DNA of 64,000 nucleotides from assembly GCA_964545575.1 (NCBI GenBank), contig CAZJFL010000001.1:153896-217895 (forward strand), read 5' to 3'. The stretch is from an uncultured Planctomycetales bacterium. GTDB lineage: Bacteria > Omnitrophota > Gorgyraeia > Gygaellales > Profunditerraquicolaceae. Position 1 is the first letter of the stretch; each line of letters opens with the position of its first letter. Made by a program: the position numbers and the translations under genes. Of this stretch, positions 1 to 12,900 are shown in pieces. Below the pieces are notes generated by a model. That model worked only from the letters and a program-made list of their open reading frames with translations, was not told the DNA's origin and did no database searches.

Positions 1-900
1 AGTAGCGGCTATGCGTAGCCAGGGTGAACCGTGATATAGTTGCGCCAATCTGCCTAATATATCTGATATTACAAAGCCCGCATGTGCGCTAACACCGAAA
101 TTCGAAAGTACTGCGTCCAAAAAAAGTGAAGAAATAGCGATAGGAATAATTAATGAGAAAAAGAATGCGCTAGGCTTCTTCTTAAGTAAGGGTTGGCCAT
201 AAGGAGCAAATAGGATAAAGCCAACGGAAATCAGGTAACCAACGCTCAAGGTAACGATATCCCAATAATCACCAACATAAGTCTTGGGATTCGGATAAGC
301 CTTAGCTATCTGGTTTAGTTCAGCTACTAATTGCAGCCCTAGGTGAAGCGTCATCAAAGCTATTCCTATAAGAGCTGTATCCTTGAAGACTGAATCTAAC
401 TCTTCAGAGGATTTAGACATGGCTTTAAGTAGCCTGCCTATAAGATCAAGAATAAAGAATAAAATGGCTCCAAAACCCAGAGTAATTAGCAAATCGTTAA
501 AATGTGAAGGGATTAACGGTGAGAAGGAATTAAACAAAGAATATAATTGCGTGTCTTTAGCAAAAGATCTCCAAGCAGCAAGAACTAAAATTACTATCGA
601 TATTGAATAATAAAGCCATACCTTGATGTTTACCCTGCTACTACGAAAATAGGCAGAGATTCTAATCAACCACCCCCTGGTTGTGGTAATTAAAATTAGA
701 GGTAATGGTGTCATGACAGCTGCGCTAAGGAGAGTGATTGCGGATACGATAATAACCGCCAGCCACGGCGGACCGGTGAACTGCAAGTGCTTAAGGATTT
801 CCTGTGTATGCGGGGACCCAAGCTTAAACATCGCCGATCCGGAAATGCCGATGCCCAGAAGCGGGGTTAACAATTCAAGCAGGAAGAAGCCGGATGATTT
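1..900 (-). other. Membrane region with several transmembrane helices, the most C-terminal part in the window
   Basis: Verified translation of 1-960 gives successive hydrophobic helices, for example KSSGFFLLELLTPLLGIGISGSAMF, PPWLAVIIVSAITLLSAAVMTPLPLILITTT, WLYYSIVILVLAAW, LGFGAILFFILDLIGRLL, ALIGIALMTLHLGLQLVAEL, VTLSVGYLISVGFILFAPYG and FFFSLIIPIAISSLFLDAVLSNFGVSAHAGFVISDILG. It is preceded by a Pro/Ala linker LQPPAAPVPARPK at about 905-960. Confidence 0.5.
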
Positions 901-3900
901 CTTCGGGCGAGCGGGCACAGGGGCGGCGGGCGGCTGTAAAGGTAAATCTTGATTAATCACAGAAGTAAGATATCCGCGCAATAGCCGGCAAAACGGATCA
1001 TCATCGTCTGCCTCCTGCGACTCAAAAGGATAATCTTCTTTTAAACCATAAAATCCTCCATTATCATCATACTCTTTAAACTTCTGCAGCAGACTCTCAT
1101 CGCTTGTAATATGATTATCCTCAATAAATCTTTTATTTAGTATCTGCTTAAAGCCTTCTAAGCCACCCTCTGACTTAACAACATCTTCATCGGCAAATTG
1201 ACCTATCGTTCTATCTAAAACATACCAGCGCGAATCGCCTTGTATTTTCACCTCCACACAACTATGCCTCCTTATCAAACCTGGGTTTTCTTTCTTTGAA
1301 TCGTAATAACTTACTCTGACCGCTGTAATAAAATCCTCCTTTCTGAACCTATCGCAAATAGCATCTTTCCAATCTCTGCACCATCCTCGTAGCTGACGGC
1401 CCCTTTTACCCCTAATAGGCTCTTTGCATCCAACAACTAAACATTCTCCAAGAATAAGTTTTAGGGATGGCCAGAAGGGATTTTCCTTTAGCGGCGCAAG
1501 GGCCACGAAATCATCGCTGGAACAGGATTCCCGCCCGCCGTTTGCGCCGCAGCCGGGCGCAGGGGCGCGGTTAAAACGGTCGCGTTTGACAAAAGTGCAA
1601 ATAAAGGTGAAGCTATACAATACTACCAAGCAGTAAAGCGGCAGATCGGTCAGCGCATAAAGATAGGCCAGGATAATCAAGGGGATAAAATTAAGGCGGG
1701 TGACGTACCAGATGTTTTTTAGCGGCGAGGCTTTAGGCATCTGATTAGTCCTTAAGAAATGCAGAACAAAGAAGAGCCCCCAGGCAATCACCGTGGCCAG
1801 GCGGATATCCATAAAGAAAGCTAAGGCTAAATTCAGCCCCCAGAAAATCCCTTGCTCTATCCGCGCCTGTTTTTCCAGAGGAATGCCGTGCTGCATCAGG
1901 AAATAACTTAGGGCCGGGATCATACCGGCGCCAGAATTATTATCTTGTCGCGACGCTTGCGGCTCGGGCGCAGGGGCGGCGCCCTCCTCCCGGCCGGCGG
2001 CACCGCTGCCAGGCCGCGGCGCCTGAGACTGATATTTATCAATCCTTACCGCTAAGCCTAAAACCCTACCCTCTTTATCCCTGTTAATGTTTTCTAGTAG
2101 ATGCGGATTTTTCTCAATAAATGATTCCTGTAATCTCTGGGCTTCTGGAGTATTTAAAACAGGAATATGCAGGCTAATACCGGGGATCTCCCCTATATAA
2201 AACTTTCTTACGCCTATCTTTTTCAAATAAGCAAAAACCTCATCGCGCAACAGGCTACCTATACCTTTATCCCGCCAGTCGATGCTCACATAGATGCCGT
2301 CTCCGAAGGCTACGATTGCCTCTTCTAGCGCACAAACATAAAATTGATAAGCTGCTACCGGAGTATTTTTGATAAAGGCGATTATTGCATCCTTACCTTC
2401 ATAGCCGACCTTGGACTTAAACAAGCATACCGAGGAATAACGCCCGAAGAATGTATCGCCTGCCATGCTATCTGACAAATCTTCGGGAAGTTCGCTTAAA
2501 AGATAAAATCTTAAATCCTCAATTTCATCGCTCCGGCCAGAGTCGAGCGCAGGGGCAGCGAGCAGAACGGGAGACTCAGTGTCCCTATAGAAGATTTTTT
2601 CCCAGAACCTGGGGTCAGCCTCGTAAAGAAGAAACTCTTCGTCCCTGTCCAATACAAAGACGCTTTGTCCGTGTTCATGTTTTCTGATCAGGTAATCTAT
2701 AACGCTGGCAAAGAAATCTTGTTCCTCTTTAGTGAGGGGGTCATTTTTATTGAAATACGAATCGCCAAATACATACATCGCAAACTTATCACAAAAGAGC
2801 TCTTCATCAATATCCAGTTTATAGCCGTGCTGGAGGTGTTCGTCTCCTTGATTCTTTCTCCAATCAGAAAGAAAGCCTTCTCTCTTACAAGCTGAGCCAA
2901 ACCTATGCCTTAGTCTTTGCGGTATCAATAAATAAAGCACGTATCCGACCTCATGGTAGAAGCCATGCTCTTCTATGCTGAAAAATATTTCCTCCGCATC
3001 CTTATCTTTTGGACTTAGGCCTAAAGAGTGAAAGACCGTCCATAAAGCATTTACGCCCTGATCAAAAGTAAGGTCGAGGAAGTTGATTTCTGCAAATATA
3101 CGCTTGCCCTCTGCAATATCCATCGCTGCTCTTACCATGCCTATGGGAGCCCGGTTCACATGAGCATCTTTAGTTAAATTCGCAAAATTATAAGTTAATC
3201 CTTCCTCGAATATAAACGGCAGAATACGATAAATCCTTTCTGCCCAACGCTGTATCTGTCGCGGACGGAATTGCCTGATAAAACCTGCGCGCGGGCTGTC
3301 CAAAGGCACCGGTAGGCCAGAGTGAGATTCAAATTCTCTTCTTAGCCTAACCATAAGTAAGGCCATTACTTCTTTATCCAGTCCTTGCCGAAGCAAAGAT
3401 TCCTTTACTTCTTGAAACATCAATCGCCTGATATAATCCTGGCTGCCGTATCTGGCTTGGGTGCTTTGAATATAATTCCTATCATCCGGCGTAGAAGCAG
3501 ATGATGGTTCAGCAGGGGCTATCCCTGCCCCTCGGCTTCTAATAGGTATAGCGGGGATGGTTTTAGTCTTTAAATCAAACCTTAAGTCTCCTTCTTTGGT
3601 CGGTTCAAACCCAAGCGGGATATAAAAATTTTCTGCCTTCCCCTTAGCCGGCGCCAAAATTAAAAATTCACTGTAGCCATAATGTGTTGTTAACTCTAAC
3701 GCTTGGGTAATTAAATTAGAGCCTATGCTGCGAAACTGGTATGCGCTATCTACAAAAATGCCTTCCTTGGCTATAACGCGCCCTTTACCATCGTAAGCAG
3801 TACCGACTAAAACGGTAATGCCATCATCCATCAGGGAAAAATGGAGATAGCCGATAGCCTCACCGCCATGATTAACTTCGATTATCCCAACGCTCCTATG

Positions 3901-6900
3901 CGAGCATCTATTATCGTTGATGGCGATACTCCGATAGCAAAAATCAAACTTCTCCCCGTCTTCGGAATTAATAGTCAAGCGGCCTTGCCTGGCTAAAGTT
4001 TCCCCTATAGATAAGCGGTTAGTGGCGCGACTCCCCTTGCGCTCTGCAATAACTCCCGGGCAGCCGGGCCGAGTTCTTATTTTTCTTAAAACAGCTAATA
4101 TTGTATTCCCGGTAACCGCATAAACCCACCTTGTACCATCGAGGACTTCTGCCTCGTATACGATAGCGACTAATTTTCCTTTATAGAATACTGAGGCGCC
4201 GCAAATCCCACCGTGGTTTATCTCGGTACCGGTCGTATCTATCTCCAGGATATCCCTTGAGCCGTCGCTACAGAGCACTCGGCGTGCAGGCACGGTAACT
4301 ACATCTTTATAGCAGAATCTATTTCCGCTCCTGGCCTTACTGTAACGTATGAATGGGATGACTACTTCAAATTCGCCATCAAGGGGCGGAACGCCTATCT
4401 CTAAAGAATCAAATTCGGTAAGGTAATTCGGCGCAGGCCCTGCTGGGCCCGCAGAGGGGGTATAGGAAATGCTCGAAATGTATATGACCCCGATATCTTT
4501 GCCGGACTCATCGCAACAGGCCAAGATCCTTCCCATGGCAAAAAGTTTATCTTCTGTAAATTCCGCCATGACCAGGTCTCCCGGCTTCACCCGATGCCCC
4601 ACGGTCAAGACAAAAGCCGCATCCCTGGTTGATCTGATAATCGTCCCCTGATATAAAGTACTCTGGTCTACATCCTCCAGCCCAAGGATGCGCCGTAATG
4701 ACCTGTTTCTTTCTTCGCCTGCGACAAACCCTCCGTCTCTTTCCTCTGCCACCTGCGGCTCGGGCGCAGGGGTGGCGGCAGGCGATAATTTAGGATCGGG
4801 TTTAAACGCTACAGCATCACCTATTCCCTCATAGCCTTCTTTTACCCACTTCATGCGCAGTGGGAGAATGTCGTTCTCTATCCCTTTCTTTCCTCCTTCA
4901 TGCAGGCTATATATTAATGAACGAAGGCTATCGCAAAATTCATCAAATTTCATATCGCAGGCATGATCAGTTATACAACTTAATTTTCCTTCATATTGTA
5001 ATGTAGAGAAGTCTATAAGGAGGACCTTTCCGTTTGTGGTAATGAAAATATGCCGTAGGCTAGAATCGCCGTGAAAAATATGTAGTTCGCGATTAAGGAT
5101 CCCATAGACTCTGCCGATTTCCCTGAAAAAATATCTTTCGTTTGCTAAGAACATCTTGCGGTAATATCGATTACGACGATGCTGATCATCTATAACTTCT
5201 TCGAGGGAAAGGCCATCGCTGATCTCGCGGATTAGTAAAGTGTCCGCCACAACAACGGACGGCGGCGTAATCCCTCTCCGGGAAGCCTTGAGGGTTATTT
5301 TGTATTCGAGTGCGGTGGGGTTACGACGTTTTAGATTTGATGAATGGCGTAGTTTTGCGTAGAAAGATACTGGTCCTTTTTCTGTAGTAAGGGTAAATTT
5401 AAGAACGTATCCGAATATATCTGCTCTTTCGTATAGACCTCCTGGCCCTTCTTCTCCCGCAATCTCATGGGTGCTAGCCAAGATCTTTTTTACTCCGAGG
5501 AACTTTTTAATCGCTGCTTGCTTGTAAAGTATGCATTGTACTTTCTCAGCTACAAACGGTTGCTTTTCCTCATCTACCAAAAGCATTCCAATAAACCGAC
5601 TTATCACCGGCGGAGCGCGGGGACGGCGAGCTCCAGCCATCAATAGCCCGCCGACCAAGAGGCCAAGGATAATTCCTGCCAGAATCGGATTATATATTCC
5701 GTCGGCAAATAAAACCAAAAGTACGACAACGGCAGGCAAGCGGGCAATGGTGGCAGATGAATTTGTGCTGCCGGTTTGCGGCGCCTGCGGCCGAGCAGAA
5801 TCTGTGGGCTTGGCGCGGTCAGGGGCGGCCGCAGGGGCGGCGGGATTTGACTCTGACCAAAATGCCCGTAAATAACTTATAGGAATCTCTGGGTAGCGAT
5901 CGTATAAGACCTGATATTGCTGCTTGATCTTACGCAGGCGTACAAGGTCTGTACTGTCTAAAGAATATAACCTTATTTCTTTGACGACCCTTTTCGCCTC
6001 TCGATCCTGTATTAAAGGCTCGAGTGGCCTATCGTTAAGCTTGGCGACCAGCAGTCTTTCAATAAGTTTGAGTCGGTCTAAATCCCCAAAGAAACGTTCA
6101 AACTCAAAATCTTCTTTTCCAAATAACCAGGCCCACTGCAATGTCGCTTTGATCACCTCGATATGCGCGTGGCGAGTAAAACGCACAAAAATCTCATCTA
6201 CCAGGTCTGCCTCATCTACCGCCGCCTCAAATACCTCATGCGCAAAAGTAACCGGCGTATTTACGCTACCCTTAATATAATAAATACCCGACCCCTGAAT
6301 CTCGGGGCAGGCGATAATAGCCCGGAGTTGTGCCGGTTCGAATACGCCAGCGGAATTCCTATCGCGATAATATTTAACTCTTTCCCATACCTGAGAGTTA
6401 ATGTAAATCGCCTGCGTATGCAGATTATAGTCGCCACTTATTTCTTTGGCCCCTAATCTCCTGCCTAATTCAAGCGGATTTTGATTTAGAGAAGGCGCTT
6501 CTTCCAGGCGAACGGCCTGTGCTAGCTTGCGCCAAGCAGTGGCTATGGCTTCATCTATTTCCGGACAAGAAGGAAATAGTCCTTTCCACTCTTTTATAGG
6601 CATACTCCTTCTCTTTTTTGGAACAATTGGCGCCAATACTTCCTGACTATTATCACCCATGTTAGGTAAATGAACGTGGCCCGGCGCAGGGGCGGTAGAC
6701 GGTACGGCTGGAGACTTCTCCCAAATAAAATGCCATGATCCCACAGGCTCATTCCTGAACCCTCGCTTCAGATAAAAATCAGCCATTATCTCATCGGGTT
6801 CTCGGCCACTTTCATCTTGAACAAGAAAAAGAGGAGTATTAATCAAGGTAATGCGGCTAAATTTATTTTGGCAGAATTCTATTAAGGATCCGGCTATACC

Positions 6901-9900
6901 TCTATTGCGGTATTTTGGATGGACAAAGAAATCATCGAGAGAGACTGCATGAAAATCTTTCAGTGTATATACCAGATAACCAAATACTGTTTTGATTATT
7001 GGATCGACAGCTGCAATTAAATGTGTTATGCCACTCAGTAGCTCTTGGGTTCTACTTTCCAGAATATCTAAGTCAGAGTAACCAGGATCAATTGTTAATG
7101 CCTGACCGATACCTTGTTTATCGTATACAAAAATTATCTCTGGTTTAAGTCTTTCTCTCCCTTTTGGCTCAGGGTAAACGGCCACAGGGGCGGCGGCTCG
7201 ATTTTGCTCTGGACAGGCAGGTGAAGATAATCTCTTTACAGAAACATAAGACAATATTTGTGTACCGGAACAAACATCAACCCAGTCTAGGTCTACCGGG
7301 AAACGCTCAGAGAAATCTTGCCTGCGCCAGAATCTACGCGTGTTTCCTTCATCTACGCATGTGCCGTGAAGTAAAATAATATCAAAACCGCATCTTCTTA
7401 AGTATGGCTCAATAACTCTGCTATACCAAACATAACCTACTCCTTTACCGCGTAAAGAAGAATGGATCTCAAGCTTTTTTATAACTGCCATCCAATTAAG
7501 ATTGTAATAAGACCTTACTGATTTTTGACCGCCTGCGATGCCATGTATCATGTGCTCGTGGTAAGCGCTCGCATCGTTCCATAATACATCCCGAAGAAGA
7601 TCGTTAAGTTCACAGTCACCGTAAGCGATTCCCAGGGTATTTTCTACGCAGAGAGTCAAAGAAGCTGCTTCGCATTCCTTTTCAGCGGCCTCTCCTTCCC
7701 TCTTAAATAATAAGGAAAGGCTTATTTCGCCTTCTTTATAGACGGCTACCCGCGTTTCTAATCTTCCCTTCTCGCCTGTATCATCCATTACTTTTTTGAT
7801 TTCTCGGTACGGCAAAAGGCTATCTGGAGCAATTGTCAAGTCAAACTTTGGTTTTCCGCGCGCATCCTCTATTCTATCGGCGGGCGCAGGGGCGCTGTCG
7901 TCTTGCCTGGCCATTGCCAGCTCAAAACCAACAAAGCAGCCCATTGCGCCGCCTATAGGAGGAACAGGTGCATGATAGGGTAAAGCCAGCGGCACTATGA
8001 TGGTTCCGGCATAAGGATTACGCGAATTATATATATTTCGTTTTTCCGGGTCACTAAGCACCAGATAAGCTTCGATAATCTGACGCATGATTTCTCCCAG
8101 GCGCGCATCACTCTGGCAGATATCCGGATGATAGCGTTTGGTCAATTTTAAAAATTGCCCCTTAATCTCATCCGGAGCGGCATCCTTAGTAACCCCTAAA
8201 ACCCCGTAATAATCTTTTTTGTAATCCGCCTGGACGCCTGCGAATAAATCCCGATACTCTTGTTTAAGCCGCTCGAGCCACTTCTGCAATTCCCGTAACA
8301 TATCCTCGGCCATTATCTGGTCTCTAACCGCCTGCCGTAATAAAGCAGCGCTCTGTTTATTTGAATGCCGGGCATAGATATTTAAAAATAAACCTATAAC
8401 CCCAAAGATACCTCCTAAGATACCGAATAAAAACATAATCTCTCCCAGAGACGGCGCGCCTGTGGCGCCGACGAAACTGAAGACTATAAGGGCACCAAAC
8501 ATGGCCAAGAGGATGCGCTTGGCATTTTTATAGAGCCAGATGATCGGCTTGACTACCAGCCATTTAAAGACCAAGCCCGCCAGTGCCGTTACTCCGCTTT
8601 CCAGCAAACCTCCCTTTTCTCCCACGCCGGGTATCTTATCCGTTGCGTGTGAAATTGTGCTCTTGATGATATATTGTGCCAGCTCCGGATGGTCCTTACT
8701 GATCTCTAATGGCGCAGCTGCCAGGCCAAATGTCGGGACCAAACTCCAGAAAAGAGCCAAGAAATACTTTGGCCTGAAAGCGAAGACGATTAAAGAAACC
8801 ACAAACCTGAAGGCAACATCAATCGCCTCAGGGATTAACCAGCCCCACTCCGCCTTCCCCTGAAAAATCAGCGTCTTCAGGAATGCAACCATTCCTCCGG
8901 CTCCGACGATGGGCGGATTAACCACGCCTAAGACCCCCTTGAGAATTACATGCAGGCCGAAAAGAATAATCATATCGCGGTTATCTTTTGCCTCCATTTG
9001 CCGCCTTAATGATTGCGCTTCTTTTTCATCCAGCCGCCCGCTTTTTAAATCTTCGTCTATCCATTTATTGATGAGCTTTTTGGCGTAGACCAGGATCTTA
9101 TCGGGAATGGTCCTAACCCAGCGGAATATAGTAACGAATTGGTGAAATAATGCTTTTATCTTCCCGGTAAATAGATAAATCAAGGCCTGCTTCAAATGAT
9201 ACAGGGTTTGTTTGAAGGCGTAGTGAAAAGGAATGCATAGCGCCCTGACTTTAACATCAATATAGTCGCATAATTGCCAGAAAAGATTTAATAAATGCCG
9301 GGGTAAACTTTTTAAGGTCCTAAAGAGATACTCCCAATCAAAATGCAACGGTTCGCTTTCCCGCCACATTTTCAGGTAATACACCAGCCTCTGGAAATCC
9401 TCTTCTCTGCCAAGTTCGAGATGGCTGTCCACGTAACGCTTCAGCCGCTTAAGCGCTACTAAATCAGCAAAGACCGGCGAGCGACGGTTCAGTAAACCGA
9501 TGACCCAATATTTTATCTCCCACGGAGTCGCCACCACCGAACCCACTAAATCCATTATCCTGAAATCCCCTCCGGCGGTTTTTACGATATTGGCGAGGCT
9601 GTTCAGGTTAGCGCTATCTATCTGGCGGCCGATGCCGATAAAACCTAATTCTCTGACTAAGAAATCATAAAAATCAGCCGCCCTGTGCCTGAACTCGCTG
9701 ATATCAGAGAAACTATGCCGAACGATGCGGCACCCCTCCAGAAGCTGAAATGCCTGGGCATAGCAGCCGGCTTGGCTGTCATAATAAGTAAAAAGTAATT
9801 CCGGCGTTATATTTGCGCCAAATTCCTGCCTGAAGGCGCGGACAATAATCCTGTTGGAGAAATGGTTAGCCAATACTGCCCAGAGATTATTTTCATAGGA

Positions 9901-12900
9901 ATAGGGGTATCCCCGCCAGAGCCGGAACCAGAACCTGACCAAGGCAATGGCTATCTTCTTGGCGGTAGTCTTGGGCCAGATATGATAATATTTCACCGCA
10001 AAAGTCCGGTCGGCGGTTATATCTTTGGCCTTATATACCGTACCGGAAAGGCCCGCGCCCAGTTCGCCCAGTATCTGGATGGTAATGTTACCGGCTCCGT
10101 AAGTCCGGATGTCCTTGACATCTCCTGTTTTCGGCTCTACGCTGCTCACTTTTCTTCGGTCTAATGGCGTAACTACGTCAATAATCTCGGTGCTAAAATC
10201 TGAAGCAATCCCCGGTACCACTGGTTCACTTCTATCATCCGCAGATAACCGGTAGTCATAATGCAGGCCGAAGAAACGCATCACGGAAAACAGCAATAAG
10301 GCCGGGATATAGAATACGGCCGATTCGGCAAATTCATAGACTGCACCCCAGGGGTAGAAGCGGCTGCGCTTTAATAATTCATCACAAAAGTACGCATACC
10401 ACTTCAAATGCCCCTTAAGGTACGGTTCTTTTTTATAGCCGTTCTCGGCAAAGAATTTTAGACTGAAGGCGCGCCGGACAATCAAGTATTTTGTAATTTG
10501 TCTAGAGATAGTTATATTTGGCGTAAGATAAATCGTCCTGCTGACGGGGATATCTTTGCCTCCGAAAATAGCAACCATCGTGTAATCTGCGCTTAGCCGG
10601 ACATCCTCAGCCAGCGCAAGCGCCGCAAGCAATTCTCTATCGCCTGACTTCTCTGCCTGTTGCTTTAGTTCAACGCGGACTTCCCTGATACGTTCTTCAG
10701 GGCTCTTTTTTAAATATTGCGTCAATCTTAAAAATGCCGGAAGGTCCGTAAACGGGAAGTAGCCGATTAAAGGCAAAGCGGAAATAAAGACTAGAGTGCC
10801 AAACACGACCATACTCATAATGCGCAATGGTGCGGGGGTACATAAAATAAGGGCAATGAGCGCGAGGGGGATTAAATTGAGGCCTACGGCAACAAGGATT
10901 TTTCTCGCCCAGTCCGGCTTCGAATTCTTGCCCTGCCATCCAGAACCATCCCTGAGGGCGGATTTTGTTTTAGCTAAAACGATAAAGGCAGAATTGATTT
11001 CCTCAACAGTCAACCTGCTCAGGTCTTTTAATACCATATGCGCGCCAAAACTACGCAATGTCTCTATATCCCCTAAGCCGATAACCAAACCAAAATTACC
11101 GGATATTCCGGCCTTAATATCAGCATCGGCATCACCGATAACTATGGCCTGTTCAGGGGCAACGCCCATTCTTTTGGCAGCAAGCAGAAACATCTCCGGG
11201 TCAGGCTTGCCTCGCTGGACATCCCTACTTGTGATTACCACATCGAAGTTATTCTTTAGGCCAATCTTCTCTAAGATTTCCGGTGTAGCATCAGAGCCAG
11301 AACCAACCACCAGCCTAATCCCTGCCTCGCGCAGCCGGCTTATTAGCGCAAACGTTCCCTGGATTTTATTAACGCCTCTTAACTCTAGTAGCTGCATATA
11401 ATATTTCTGCCGCTCTTGAGCCATCAGTAAAACCTGAGCATCAGCCAATCCGGGAAACATCATCTCTATAGAAGTAGTTTCTTTCCTACCGTTAAGCCGC
11501 TCTTGAAAATATTGCATAGTTACTTCCGGGCCGCGGTGGGCCTCAGAGAGCATCCGCCAAGCCTGGAAATGCTCCTGAACGGTATCGATGATCACGCCAT
11601 CACAGTCAAAAATTACGGCCTTAAAGGAACTGTTCGGGGATAACCCTTCAGGGGACGCTTCTCCGATTGGCACAGGGCCTGGTCCTGCTTTGGCGCGAGA
11701 ACTGTCCCTGAAGAAAGTAAAGAGCCCGTAGGCCAGCGCTAAGAAAACTAAGGCAAAGAAGATAAAGTACGGTATCGCCGGGCGCGTAATCAAAGCGGCT
11801 AAATCTCGAGCGATAAATTGCCAGGTGCCGCTCTGAGTAAGAGTAATTTTAAAAACAGTAAAATAAGGCCATAATTTCAGCATTAAGGAATCAGAAACCA
11901 GCAACCAGCCGAAAACAAAAGCGCACAAAACCGCTGCCGCCGCAAAAGCATAGTAGGTAGGCTTACGCTGGGATTTAAAAACGGTTTGAACCATTCCGCG
12001 CAGTTCATTAAAGCGGGCAAGGAATTCGCCGCAGAAACCTTGATATTTGCGATGTAGCGGCTCATGGTAATCTCGGATGGAAATCTGGAATATTTTCGGC
12101 AGGTATTGGAACGCGGGATGTTGTCCTTCGGGCGTAGCAATATAAGTAGTTAACGCAGGCGGGCCTTTAATCAAACCGGCTTTTTTGGCATAGATCCGGA
12201 ATGCCCGCAGCACAAATAAGCCCTTTACTACAAAAACCAGACCGGCCAAAGCAACTAATACTGTCAGACCTAAACAGATTTTTCCTAACTGGGGGACGCT
12301 GTATACGAAGCCGGCCGCCACCAGAAAAGCAATGAAGGCAAATCCGAAATCCTCCAGCGCAGCGGATTTAGCACTTGCCGCTTTTAACCGCCATGGTCTT
12401 AGGATAAGAGCCCCTCTGCTTTTTTTCTGAATAATCATTTTAACTGCTGAAGAAATATCTATTGGCTTGCCACTCTTCTTGATTGCCTTATTTATCGCGG
12501 CAGAGGTCCAGCCATAACTGATAATCCGGCAGGCATCCCTATACTTTATTCTGGCTTCATCTAAAGCCGCCAAGCCGGCTTTTAATCTTCCCGTAAAAAC
12601 CTTAAACGCCTTACTGCCCAGCCAATCTGTATTATTGTATTTTATACGTTGCCTGTCAGGACGCGAAATTAAACCGTTCTCAACATACTTCTGGCGAAAA
12701 TAAGCTGCTTTATTTAGCTCTTTTACCCTGCGCTGGCCCGCAACATTAGCTACCACGGTTAGATTATCAATAATCTGCTGCGCTAATGTTTTAGGCAACC
12801 TCTCGGCTCTCAACGCCCGATAGAACTTCTTTCTAAATTCTGCTTCTGCTTTTTGTTTTAAAGAAAATCTTCTACTCCTAATCGTGCTTTCGCGGAAAAG

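Noticed and set aside
905-7900. Pro/Ala-rich linker sites as candidate gene boundaries, meaning separate genes for each enzyme domain
   Set aside because: Translation runs straight through each linker in the same frame without stops. There are no RBS or start-codon contexts there. The domains on either side stay in one frame over the whole window.
10796-11401. Plus-strand ORF of 201 aa, the longest in the track, and other plus-strand ORFs of 100-170 aa such as 52199-52708, 57167-57676 and 21020-21466
   Set aside because: Their translations are low-complexity and Ser/Ala/Arg/Leu-rich with no motifs. They lie antisense to minus-strand sequence that translates into clean HAD, TM, GNAT and charged-helix domains. 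They are antisense artefacts of the giant minus-strand frame.
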